From assembly GCA_950097015.1 (NCBI GenBank), contig CATNEN010000031.1, positions 1,612,001-1,676,000 on the forward strand: a stretch of DNA of 64,000 nt, read 5' to 3'. The notes under the pieces were generated by a model. That model did not search any database. It was not told the origin of the DNA and worked only from the letters and a program-made list of their open reading frames with translations. This DNA is from Macrostomum hystrix (lineage: Eukaryota; Animalia; Platyhelminthes). Shown here one piece after another: positions 17,553 to 31,000 of the stretch (position 1 is its first letter; each line of letters starts with the position of its first letter). A program made the position numbers and the translations under genes.

Positions 17553-19025
17553 TACTGCAAGCTGACTGTTGGCTGAGCCGATCGGTGGTTAAAAATTACA
17601 ATACATACTTCTAACGGATCTGGTCCGGTGAGAGCTGGATGAATTTGTTTAATTTTGTTTTAAAAAGAGTCACGTGACCCTCCAGCAGTAGCCATCCAAT
17701 CGCGTGTGTAAATCGGTTCTTACTCCCTTACCCTGGCATGCGCAGCCTTCCAGCCCGTGGCCCAGATCTTGGTGTACATTGCAGGAGTGTACATCGGGTC
17801 AGCAAAGCCAGTGAAGCATTTTGAAATGAACGTCAGCGAAGCACTTATCGATTCGCTTGAATTGACCAGCCGCCAAATTTCTATACGATGCTGATATGCA
17901 AATCTAACAATATAATGTCACGATTGAATCGCCAATGTGGGACTGGTCAAATGAATTTCTCTCAACTGTTTCACTGCTTCATTGACGCCTCCACAATAGC
18001 TACACTGATTTTTATCGATGTGTCGACGTCATCATTTTTTAACACTAATCGCCGTTAGTTATAATTCCACTAGAATGCACACGCATTGCAATAAATTAGT
18101 AATTTTTGTTTCACTACATTAGTTATAGCTAATCTGTTCACTGGTCTGTGCTAAAGAAAGAATTCAAATAATATTTAAATTATCAAAATAATAATAGTAG
18201 AATATGTGATTATTTCACTGGTTCTTTAGTGTTGAGCTTTATTAAACAAAATAGTTTTTGTCGCTGGTAATCTATTTTTAATTACGATAACTCCAAAAAA
18301 CTTAAAAACTCATTTTTTATCATATGATCAGAGAACAGTTTGTTTTATTACGGCTACCGTACCGTTATGATCGTGTGTACAAAGTGAATGACCTGCAGCT
18401 TAGATAAAACTATAGACAGTAGTTTAAAAGCCAGAAAGCTGATATAAAAGCTTGTGCACTATGCACCTACCCGTTATAGATGCTCAGCAACAGCGATGAG
18501 TCGGCGCTTTTATAGTTACACAAACAGAGAGCGGAAACCGGGGTTAAACCTTGCATGGTACAAAATACGAGAGGCGAGAAAATTTGATGACAGGATGAAT
18601 GGGTGGTTCAGTCACCATGCAGGGTGTGACGTAATTAAAAAATTATCATGTGACACCATCTGAACTCTTAACATATTCCCAGCCTCGTATCAATTAAGAT
18701 TATGGCGATAAGAGACGCATGTTATGCACAGTTAAAAAGCAAATTTACTAAGCAGGAAATATTAAAAGTTCTTAGATTTTCGATTTAATTTGCGTGTAAA
18801 TAATGTAATTCCTGCTCAACTCTTTAATCAAATTCATATAGTACGAGGCTTTAGTAAGATAGTTTGATCTTCGCTCCAATGCGGCAGCGATATTTCATAT
18901 GGCAAGGCTATTTGATGTTGTCAAAACTGCAGTGCTGTTTTGTTGCTAAGCAACATAAAATGTCAAACGAGCATGAGGTCAAAACGAGGTCTGACATCAC
19001 CATTGTCTGAGTGCGCAGCCCTTTC

Positions 19026-22000
19026 TCACGGCCTGCGGTACTGCCTCCCCGATTCCGCCATAGTGTTGTGCCGGCCTCGCATAGGAATTCGCCTTGTCGG
19101 CGTCGTTGACCCTGTTGATGTTGGTGAATGCGGCACCGATGGTGGGGGAGGCGGCGGCGGCAGTGGCTGCTGGCGACCGGGGCTGGCAGCCAAGGGACTC
19201 GGGGACACCTGGAGTGACTTGCGACGCGGACTTTGTGAGGACGACGCCGCGCCTGACGAGGACGCGCGCGCGCGAGGCTGCGGCATCTGGATGCTCAGGG
19301 GCTGCGACTGGGTGTGCAGAGACGGCGGCCGGCTGCTCTCCGCACCTCCCAGGTCGACTCCTCCGCGTAGAACCCGGTATCGCAGGGCACTGGGGGTAAC
19401 TGGAGGGACGTTGGGTGCAGCTGCACCTCCAACTGCCGCTGATGAGGCTCCGCTTGTCTGCCTGGAGACTCCCGCGCGTTTGAATGACTGCTGCTGCTGA
19501 CCGTGACGACGGAGCATTCGACCGCTCTGCCTGGCCCGGCCGTCGGCTCGAATTGATGTCGCCGAAAGCGGCAAGGCGCGCAACTGCAGCCTGGATTCGC
19601 GCAGAATCATCGCGATGACGGCCGGATGCGGCAGGCCGGTCACCCGCGTATCGTGCACGTGGGTCACCAGGTCGCCGCTGCGCAGGCCGGCTGCGTAAGC
19701 CGCACTGGAAGGCTGTACGCAGACAACGAGGTGGTGCAGGACGAAACGGTTGGTGTCGCCTTGGTAGACCCTGATGGCGCGTATCGTGAAGCCGAAGCCG
19801 CGCGGTCCACGGATTATGGTCAGCAGTGGAGCGGCTGCCTCGGCTGAAGAGGTCTGCGCGGTTGTCTGGGTCCGCGCCGGCAGCTGTTGCGAGCTGGGAC
19901 TGCGCGTCACCGTGACCTCCGTACCACTGGCCAGCGGCGAAACAGCCTGCGACCGCCGCAGACTGGAGGTCCGTCGCATGACTGGCGCCGGCGGGGAGGT
20001 GTCAGCGCGGTTGCGAGCACTTGGCAACGATAGAGCTACCGCAGCTCCGGCGACAGCCGACTGCACTTCATCACCGTAAATCGACGTCGGCCGGACGGGT
20101 AAAGTAGCCTGCATGGGTTGCGTCGAAGGTGGCGGTGTCGAAAGCGGCACAGGCAAAGTCTGAGGCTGTGGTTGCGGCGGCAGAGTTGTAGGAGTGCCAG
20201 ACAGAGTAACAGTTGGCTGCAGCGGCGGTGGCTGCGACAGCGGCTGCGGAGAAGCTGGTCCGGATAGAATAGAAAATCGCGGGCTGCAGCTGCCGAAGCT
20301 CTGAAACAGGGGCGGCTCCTCCGACTCGTCCGTGTCCTCGTCCTCCGAGTTAGACTCGTGGTTGTATCTATCGGAGCGTGGGTCAAAGTAGCTCGTATCC
20401 TCTTCGTGGTCCAGCTGCGGTACAAATTTGGATTTCTCCTTCAACAGGCCGGTCCAGTCGATGCTTTCGAAGAACGCATGTTCTTTGACCTGGAAGTTGA
20501 ATGCAATGAAAATACTGTAATGTAGGCTCAAGCAGTCGTCTGGATAAAACATTTTCCATAAATCAGTCACAATTCCATACAGTTAGAAATTACAATTCTT
20601 GGACTACAAAGGTGGTTATAGCTTCAGAGGTCGGGAGTTCGAAGCAATTTGTGTTCTTGAGCAAGACACAAATCAGCCTGCATATGCTTGATCCATTTGC
20701 ATAGGCTATCAACTAGAGGAGTGTTAGCCGCAACGAATCCCACATGCTTTACCTCATGAGGGCCCTCGGTTCCTAGTCTCAGCATTGGCTGAGTCTCCAG
20801 CAGTCGGCTGATGAGGTCAACAGCTTCAGGCGGCAGCGCACAGTCCTCCTCCTCGGGCCACTCGATGGCTGGCGGCCGGTCGGACACGAGCAGTGTGAAC
20901 AGTTCCTCGGCTGAGTCGGCTGTGAAGGGCACGAAGCCAACCAAGAACTGGTAGAGAATAATTCCGGCGGCCCACCAGTCCACGGGCTTGCCGTAGCCCT
21001 GCTTGAGTATCACCTCGGGGCTGATGTACTCGGGTGTGCCGAAAATCTGGGCATCGCTAAACATGGCGCAGTCATTCAGGCCTGTCACGTACAAACTCGT
21101 GGCCAAAGTCATGAGGCCGATTTTGCTCAGGCCAAAGTCGGTCAGCTTGATGTGGCCCTCGCCGCTGATCAGAAGGTTGGACGGTTTCAAATCCCGGTGC
21201 ACAATGCCGTAGCTGTGGAGGTACTCCAGGGCTAGCACGATTTCGGCGAAGTACATCCGCGCCAGGTCTAGCGGCAGCACCTGGATCTGCTTGAGCAACG
21301 ATGCGCAGTCGCCGCCCTCAACAAACTCCATCACCATGCAGAGGTACTTCTTAGTCTCAAAGGTGCAGAAGAGAGACACAACAAACGGGTTGTCTGCAAA
21401 CGAGAGAATGTCTCTCTCGGCGAAGGCCTGGTCGACCTGGTTGCGCAGTACTAGATGCGTCTTGCGCACTTTCTTCATGGCAAACCGCTGCCGGCTGGCC
21501 TTGTGACGCACCAGGTGGACTGCTCCGTAGGCCCCGTTGGAGATCAGCTTCACCACCTGTTAAGAGCGAGCGAGCGGGGCACCCTGATGTCTTCCGGTTT
21601 TACGGGAATGTTGGTTCAAAAATCAAAAAAAACAAAAAGTTGCAATTTATTCAATCCAAAATCGTCAACAATGACAGCCGACATGATTAGCAAGGAAAAT
21701 TTTGGCTAAATTTGTTATTTTTGCCACCAGTCACCTCGACAAGAATCTTTGAATATCTCGACGATGCCGATGTTTCGTGATTCTAGAAGTTGTCTCATGG
21801 GATAGAGTGGAGAATTTTAGCCCGTTAGAAAATTTCATGGCGATTGGTTGAATATTTTGAGAGATACAGAAAAATGAAAAATGTGGGTATTTGAAATCCC
21901 ATGGTCTTTCTACTGTTAACGGTTTAATTGCATTTTTGCCTTCCTCTGAATCCCCTCTCAACTTCCTGACGTTCCTGGTTGCGGGAAGTCAACGAATTAT

Positions 22001-25000
22001 GATTAAAGTTACCTGGAAGTCATCCTCGCAAGGCTCACGAACTTGCTGACCATCGGCGGCCATCGCAATCGAGTCTGTCATCGAAGACGACGCATGCGAC
22101 GGCGTCCGGTCTACATCAACGTCGCTCAGACTGTCGAGCGGGTCGAGCTTGTTGAGACCCAGCTTAGACACAATGTAGCGCGGTATGTCTGCCAGCAAGT
22201 TCTCAGTCCGGCGCACCTGACCTTCAGCCGCCTCCAGCAGCTGCATAAACTCGGCCGGATCGAATTCCAGACACTCCAGCAGGCGGGCGGTTCGCGATAC
22301 GATCACCAGCAGCTGCCGGCCCCAGGCCAAAACTCGGGGCAGAGCGTCTCGACTTTTCTCCTCGCACTCGTTGGCAAGCTGCTCCACCTTCTGGCCGATC
22401 TCATAGAGGAACGCGCCGGAAAGTTTATTATCCTGCGAGCGCTGAAGACACTCGCGAGCCAGCTTCTGCAGCTGCAGCAGCGAGTAACGCGCGATTGCGT
22501 TGCGCTCGTCACTCTTCTGCGCCTCCAGGTTGTTGCTGAACTCCTCCAGGCGATCAACCATCTGAGCTGTGGCCTTGGGAAAGCGCTCCCTGTAGACGGT
22601 GTTCATTAGCGCAATGCCCTGATGCTGCTCATACCAGCTCATTGGACTGCTGAGGCTGTGCGAGCGAGGCCGGCTGCCATAGCTGCCATAGCCTGAGTTA
22701 TCAGCCTCGGACTGTTGAATATCTGGCTGTTGTCGCGGCTGCTGCTGCTGTTCATTTTGATGCTGCTGCTGCTGCTGTTGGTTTTGCAGGTGCAGATTTT
22801 CCTTGGATGAGCAGTGGCTAGACTCAGGGGTGTTGCTACCGTAGCCGGACGAGGAAGCGGTTGCTGGGAGCGAGACCACGGACCAGCGCCGGCTGGCGTC
22901 ATCATGTTGCTGCTGATTCCAGGTCTCTGCGCGCAAGTGAGGCGGCAGGTGCAAACTAATTGGCGACGGCCCGGCACCGCTGGTTCGCGTCGGACTGCCT
23001 GGAAAATTTAGCAAGATACTCATTAACCTTCGCAGCAGTTCACCCAGCTGTACAACGGGTACCAAAAGCTGTACATTAGACCAAACCAGTACGTGTCGTT
23101 TTTCTATTTTACCCCACTTCTCTGCTTTTAAAACGCACGCGCATGATCAGTTAGTACGTTAATTAACATTTAATCAGTTGTTTATGCAGTTGAAACGAAA
23201 AAACTAAACTATATAATTACTACTCACAGTAGAAGCACATGTCTTAGCTTCCGAGGCAAACAAACCTGTTAGACCTGTCGACTGTCAAATAATAGAGAGA
23301 GAAATAGAATAGAGAGCTTAAAAAATATGCAGCTGAGGTGGATTCTCTACAAACTCATCCCCATCCATCTTCTGTTAGTACTGTACGTGTGCTGATGAAA
23401 GGAATCCGGTTTAAGCTTTGTGGGGCCTGCCCCACCCGACCAGCCCCTTAACCGCCCTCTATCCGCTTTAAAAGCTCGCGTACGAAATTGACGGGCCAGT
23501 GCGAGAAATATTAGACCGTATCTATCAGACCCCGGGTGTACGTTCAGGCGATACGACGCCAAGCCTGGCTATGTACAATGCGCATACCTCTGTCCCCGTA
23601 TGCTCTCTGTGAGCCCAACCCCCAACCCTAAAGGTCCGCGCAGTTTTAAATATGGCGAAGACAAACCGGCAGCCTGCAGGGCAGCGAGGAGAGGAAAGGG
23701 AGAATATTCGCTTTCACATTAAGCCCTTTCTGCCGGCCTGTCACGCAGCGCTGCAAAGCAAATACAGAGCATTGTATTGCTTCAAATATTTAGTTGTGAA
23801 TTACTGACTCGCTTCACAGCTGTATATTAGATCTAACTGGTTATCAACGTCGACTTAGATTTCAACTGACAAGGTAAGACTGATTGACGTGTGAGGCTTT
23901 ATATATATATTTCGATTCGCTTGTAGACGCATGCAGTGTCTATGGCCTAGATAAGAATTATCTTGAAAGTTGATATCTTTAATGATCCCATAATTGATTT
24001 ATTTCGACTGGAAAATTCTCGATTGTATCTCAATTTCCTGCCTTCCTAGACCGGAGGATGAGGCACCTGCTGCTGAGACTAGCCCGGCCATCTACCTACG
24101 GCGTCGGCGCAGTTCTTGCCGCTGCGGCTGCCGCAGTGACGACTTTGGACAGCTCCGAAAATAAGCCTTCTGCTTCTCAAGGTAGCGGCATGAGGCTGCT
24201 ACCAGCTGATGCCATCAACAGTTCATCGTCTGCCGCGTCAGCTGCGGTTGCGTGGGCGCAGTCAGAAACTGCTCTATCGGCGTCCAGTGGTGCAAGCCAG
24301 AAGCCGCTGCCAGCCACGGGTCGAAACTATCGGGAGCGTCGCTTTCTTGACTTTGCCTCCGTTGAATACGACGGCGTGCCGTACATGACGCCGCAGGACT
24401 TTCTGGAGTCGGTGACGCAGGACCGGCCGCGCTACCGGAAGCGTCGCCGGGTCTACTCGGAGACGGAGCTGGCCAAGATCCTCTATAAGACACCGTCGAG
24501 GTGGTGGGCCTCCAACAAGCTGTTTCGCAGCATGGGAGACGAAGGAATCATCTCATACTCGGAGTACCTGTTCCTGCTGTGCATCCTGGCCAAGCCGAAG
24601 ACTGGCTTTGAGATGGCATTCAAGATGATCGACCTGGCCAGAAATCAGCGCGTTGACAAGACCGAGTTCATCATACTCAACAAGATGATGTCTCATCAGG
24701 CTGGCGAGCTGCAGGCCATAGACTATACAGAAGTTTCGCCATTGCAGGACACCACGCTGATGCTGCACTTTTTCGGCCGATCCGGCACTGACAAGCTGGA
24801 CTTTCGCGAGTTCAGTAAGTTTATGTCCAATCTGCAGTGCGAGGTGCTAGAGATAGAGTTCACGGAGTTCTCCAAAGGATTGCAGACCATTTCTGAGACC
24901 GAATTCGCCCAGGTGCTTCTGCGCTACACCAACCTGACCCAGGAGGCTCAGGAGGAACAGCTGCAGCGCGTCAGGGATCGACTAGTTCGCGAGGAGGGCA

Positions 25001-28000
25001 TCCGTTTTGACGACTTTCGTCTGTTCTTCCAGTTCTTGAACAACCTGGATGACTTCTCCACTGCGTTGAAAATGTACTCTCTAGCCGGGCACGCCATCAA
25101 CCAGGAGGAGTTCCAGCGAGCTGTCAAGGCATGCGTTGGCTACACCCTGGCGCCGCACGTGGTGTCCACCGTGTTCTTGCTATTCGACAATGACGACGAT
25201 GGCAGCCTGAGCTTTCACGAATTCATCTGCATCCTGCGCGACCGCCTGCGAGGCCTCAGCTCCAGACCAATCAGCGCCGACACTCAGGTGGAGAAGTTCA
25301 AGAGATGCGTATCGCAGCGGCTTAAGGACTGCGATCAGTGATGCTACAATAGCAAGTTGTGTTTCATGTGAATTTGGCGATTAGGTGCTGGTCTGAAGAA
25401 CGGGAATGCCTCTATTCTGCAATGTGCACCCTGCGCAATGTAGAATTTCGGTTTAATAAAAAACCCTTTTGAAGCCCTCTCAGACATGCAGCTCTCAGGT
25501 AAACGGCACGGGTAACTATACCTTTAGTAGCCTAATATAAAATGCTTCGTCACATGCTTAGTAATTTTTATCTACTAGGATAACAACCATAAGCGAATAG
25601 ATAGTGTCTATGCTGAGGTGTACAGTTAGATTGATGGCTAAACTGGGTGTCTCTAAAATAATATCGATAAGAAAACGTGTGGAAAAAATGTATTTTTAGT
25701 TGCTGCGCAAATCATAAGCAACCCACTGAAACGCTATTTCTTCATGAGCCCTATTTTTGTTAATTGTCGTTCTCTTGTGTTCTGTTCTATCAATTTAATG
25801 CAGTCTGTATGCTCCCCAGTAACATTTTTTTATCCTTTAAAAGCTTAGCTTTCCTTTGTAATTGTTCGCTTTTTCTACCTGTGTTCTTTCTATTGGACTG
25901 AGTCTGACCTGATGAGCTACAGCTATACTTAACTGCATCATAGCCAGCTGAACCTGTCTGTTCTGACAGTTGCACTTTAGGCCGGGCAGTCGACTCTGCT
26001 GCCACTGATTTCGACAGAGAAGGAACAGACATTTCTTTCGGATTTCTAGCTCTTAGTTCCCCCAGCTATTTTCAGCTATCTTGTCAAATGGAAGCTCTGC
26101 GCTACTTTTTAGTTAGACTTGTACTTTTCAGCTGCACTTTACAGCTATGTTTGTACAAGTGCAATACGTATATTAGATAAGTCTACTGTTCGGGGTTTGT
26201 TGGAAATTCATATATTCGTATTTGCGTATCGTTCATTTTTGTTTCATTATTGAATTTCTCGTATGAAAAGCCTAGGAGTATATTAGCGGGTTTGTAGCCT
26301 AGTGATTAGAGCGTCAGACTCACGACTTGAAGGTCGGGGGTTCGATTCCCAACTTTCACTGGCACAATTAAGGCACTTAACTCTACATTGCTTTAGTTTA
26401 CCCCGCTGTTACGAGCGTAAATGGGTACCAGCATTGGCTGGGGGAAATTGAGGGTGGGTGTGTCGTCCCCCCAGTTCACGGACTGAACAGCCGTACGCAG
26501 CCTTCAGATGCGCCGCGCAATGGCTGCGTAATCAATTATTGTTATTATATTAATTAAACAAGTTAATAAAATGTTTCTAAAAGTCTCGTACTTTTATGTA
26601 TTACTAACATCAGTAATGGTCGAAACTTTTCATTTATAGATCCCATTGAGCTTCTATTACAAAAGTATAAGGGATACCTGTTAGATGCCTATTGATCACT
26701 TGAAGCCATCTCCCTCTTAGAACTCACCAAGCTGAGGCGGCTGCAGCTGCAGCTGTTGGCTGCCATGACGACCGTTGCCAGGCACCGGCGAATGCACTCG
26801 GAGACGATTTGACGCTGTCGATGCAGCTCCGCCACTGCCGCTGCTGCTTTGCTCGCGCTGACATACGCGATGCTGCTGCTGCTGCTGCTCACTGATTGGC
26901 CAGTTGCTGTTTCGCCTTGAGGCCAGTGAGCCTGGGTCCCTCTGTAAAGGACGCAACAGTGCTATTGGCTGAAGATAATCACGTGCCTGGGGTTGGGTGG
27001 CTAAGGAGTGTTTTCCCGACAACCCTATCTAAAAATAGCAACAACTCTAAGCCTTCATTGGCCAATCAACGTCTGATAGCCGGTTCGTTGCTGCCTTATT
27101 TTTTTGTTGCGTCATTCTAGCTGTCTTTTGCAATGCTGAATTTAGGTTTAACAGAATTGATAGCACTTAAATTTGCTACTCAACACTGCTATTGCTTTTG
27201 TCGCGCTATGTGGAACAGTGGACATGCAAAACGGAACGGCCCTTGAATTCTATGGCCGAGCGTTTGAATTCACACGAGAAAGTAAGCCATAGACAACTCA
27301 AATTGTCATGCTATGTGGAACGATGAGCCAGAATAGATGCCTATAATTAATATATTTTACTGAACAAAGTTGTCGTCAATATCGCAGCGTTTCGTTTTTT
27401 TCGGCACAAGCTGCACGAATCCTTGGAATTTTGAGTATCACGCGTCGCAAGTCGCTCAGCCAATTTCCACTCCGTGAAGCGGAAAATTCACCAAAACAAA
27501 TCCTGTTTTCGTCAAGTCAATTTGACTTTTTCAACAAGAAACTATGCCTAATTAAAAACATTCTTAGCCTCTTCTGTAGTGTACTTTCCATCGACTCAAT
27601 ATCGATGCCAGGTTTCCTGTCCAGGGGCAGGACCTTATTGAGTAACTTGAGCATGATCGGAATATGGCGTGTCTTCATGTCACTTTCTTGAATCGAAACT
27701 GGGATTTCTAGGAAACACGATACCCTGGCATCTCTGATATTTCTTGCTCTATTTTTAGCACTTAATAATGAATGCGTTTATCGGCTTGTAATTAAAACCT
27801 TCTGCATGCCTGTACCGAGTATCTGCGAGTCTAATATGCACTTTTTTAATTGTCGGCAGGTATAGTTTATTATTCAGCTTAGCTCCAGCCTTCCATCCGG
27901 TTTCTAAGAATCCCAAATTGAGCCTTCTACTAAAAGTTTTCTAAGAATCCAGATTCGTTGCCCTCGATTAGTTTTTTGCCTAATCCTAACTCGTACTCAA

Positions 28001-31000
28001 GGACCAACTTGGAGTAGAAGGACGGGAAACTATGTTTCTTAGAAACAAAAATTGAAGGCTGGTTTCGCGAAAAAATACACTACGGAGATAGGAAATTTTC
28101 ACTTTTTTCAGATTTAAATAGGCACGTTATATCAAAAGAACAGCTTTGTCTCTGCTTCCAACCAAAAGCTGTCACCCGTTCAAATCTTTAAAAAATGAAA
28201 GTTTCTTATCTTCGTATAGCGTACATTTTTTCTCGCGAAAACCAGCCTTCTACGTTTTTTCTAAGAAACGTAGTTTCCCGTCCTTCTACTCCTAGTGGTC
28301 CTAACTCGTACTCTGCCTTTCAAATACAGAATAGCAAAGTTGCTAGAATTAAGTACATAGCCAAGGACTCACTCCCACGGTGGTTAAGTTGGGCGCGGAC
28401 TGACCCTTGGCGCTTCTCTGCAGCCGTACCAGATTGCTGGTGACCGAGTCTGAAAAGCGACGTGGAAACAACAGTGACAGAGGCAGGCTCAGTAGGCCGT
28501 TGGCTGGGCCGATGACATTGTCCCACAGATTCAGCAGCTGCACTGTGCTGTGCTGCATCAATGGCGTAGGCAATGCAATATTATGTGCTGTTTTTCCTCC
28601 AAAGGAGGATTTTCTCTTCTGCATTAAACCACCGCACCGCGCTGGAGAGTCAACAAGCGGTGACCATGCAGCAAGTGGGTGACTGTTTAAGTACTGCAGC
28701 TTCGGGGGCCCGTCTCGAGATAAGATCAGTTGCAATAATTGTTCATGATACGAATTCTGCGAATATTCTTTTTTAAGCACAACTATTCGTTTTAACTGCG
28801 CAAATTCGTTCACATATAGAGATTGTCGAAATGTGGCACAATGTTTCTATACACATTATTTAATAACAGAGCACTGCAGAGGTGTGTCTGTAGATAATTT
28901 GTACATTTCTCTGGAGTTTATATCAGATCTCAAGTCCGTTAGCAATCAAGGCAATGTAACTGCTATTCTTAGGTATAGCCAACCGTGAAACCAATCTACT
29001 TTGCTTACGTTGTGCAGAGAACTCGGCAACATTTGCTGCGGGCAGTCCGGAGTTTGACACAAGCGATGGCGACTCCGATGTGCTTTGAGCGCGACAACTG
29101 CGCACCTCGATTGACAGCGTCCTATGCAGCAGCCAAAGTCCACGGCTGCTGTGAAAGTCCTCCATCGGCTTGCGCAGGCCATGAAGTTGGGACACAGCGC
29201 CATTCTCGGACTGGAGTTGGGATTTGTGGTTGGTGGATGACTAATGGGGTGTTGGGTGACAGATGGGGTGTTGGGTGACAGATGGGGTGTTGGGTGACTG
29301 ATGGGTGTTGGGTGACTGATGGGGTGTTGGGTGACGGATGGGTGTTGGGTGACTGATGGGTGTTGGGTGACAGATGGGGTGTTGGGTGACTGATGGGGTG
29401 TTGGGTGACGGATGGGTGTTGGGTGACGGATGGGGTGTTGGGTGACAGATGGGTGTTGGGTGACTGATGGGGTGTTGGGTGACTGATGGGGTGTTGGGTG
29501 ACAGATGGGGTGTTGGGTGACTGATGGGGTGTTGGGTGACAGATGGGGTGTTGGGTGACTGATGGGTGTTGGGTGACAGATGGGGTGTTGGGTGACTGAT
29601 GGGGTGTTGGGTGACGGATGGGTGTTGGGTGACGGATGGGGTGTTGGGTGACAGATGGGTGTTGGGTGACTGATGGGGTGGTCGGTGACAGAGGGGGTGT
29701 TGGGTGACTGATGAGGTGGCGGGTGACGGATGGGTGTTGGGTGACGGATGGGGTGTTGGGTGACAGATGGGTGTTGGGTGACTGATGGGGTGTTGGGTAA
29801 CTGATGGGGTGTTGGGTGACTGATGGGGTGTTGGGTGACTGATGGGGTGTTGGGTGACTGATGGGGTGTTGGGTGACTGATGGGGTGTTGGGTGACAGAT
29901 GGGGTGTTGGGTGACTGATGGGGTGTTGGGTGACAGATAGGGTGGTGGGTGACGGATGGGGTGGCGGGTGACTGACTGATGTTTTGGTGGGTGACTGATG
30001 GGGTGGTCGGTGACAGAGGGGGTGTTGGGTGACTGATGAGGTGGCGGGTGACGGATGGGTCGGTGGGTGACTGATGGAGTTGTGGGTGAATGCTGGTGTT
30101 GTGGATAATTGTTGGATTGTATAAATGAGCATAGTCAAAAAGTTTTGCACATCTCGCGAAGGGACTGTCGCAACTTATTTACCAATTTATAATTCATTGC
30201 TCTTCTCATACATGGAGAAAAGTTCTTTGTTTCGATTTGTATATGACGACAGTTTTATGTCGGAGCTTCTGCTCATGAGCCAAAGCAGCCTTTGAGCGCT
30301 CCCCAACTGGTCTGAGCTACTGAGCAATTCTGCTAATTGCCAGCCAAGTCTGAGCAAATTAGAGGCGTCGCTCGCATGGTGGGGCTCGATTGAGACAGAC
30401 GTCGGACTCTAAACTTCTCGCTCCAAAAATTCGGGACGAGCTGAGCAAGCTCAAGGGAGCTCAAATCAGCCTTTGAGGCCTGCCTTTTGTGGCCTCAGGT
30501 GAGGCGCCGGTATGGAATGCTGCTAATGGCACTCAGCCGGAGCATTGTGAACGCGGCTGCGACACACAAACTGCCGATGCTATTTCCATTCATTTGTATC
30601 CTTCTCTTTCTGTATTGCCATAAAAAGGATTTGTTTGGCAGCAAAGTTACTTCTCTCTGAACTTCTAGTTGGCTGAGTAAGCATAATCCCGACAAAACAG
30701 AGCATCTGTGGCTAATTATGATTATTGATTGCGGAAGCTGCATATGAAATAATGGTAAACCATCTAGAATGACTATTAACAATTATTTTATAACCTAAAG
30801 AGTTATAAAGAGTCATTGGTCTGGAACTCAGAGAGATTCTGGAAACTCAAGGAAGTTCTAGAAACTCAAAGAAGTCCTAGAAACTCAAGGAAGTTCTAGA
30901 AACTCAAGGAAGTCCTAGAAACTCAAGGAAGTCCTAGAAACTCAAGGAAGTCCTAGAAACTCAAGGAAGTTCTAGAAACTCAAGGAAGTCCTAGAAACTC

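Noticed and set aside
20990-21200. MAST as a pseudokinase ([11 protein letters not shown] instead of APE)
   Set aside because: Catalytic Lys, HRD, DFG and the Gly-rich loop are intact; the substitutions are conservative.
21557-22012. CAG|GT at both junctions as proof of TSD-mediated intron gain (also Fat intron 57190-57870)
   Set aside because: AG|G(T) is the ordinary proto-splice consensus, so it is not diagnostic without element homology or an empty-site ortholog.
26287-26362. tRNA gene (Val-like anticodon loop); similar heads at about 11260-11300, 15953, 51720-51780, 56510-56755
   Set aside because: A and B boxes are present but the acceptor stem pairs poorly and the sequence continues into a shared SINE body; treated as SINE heads.
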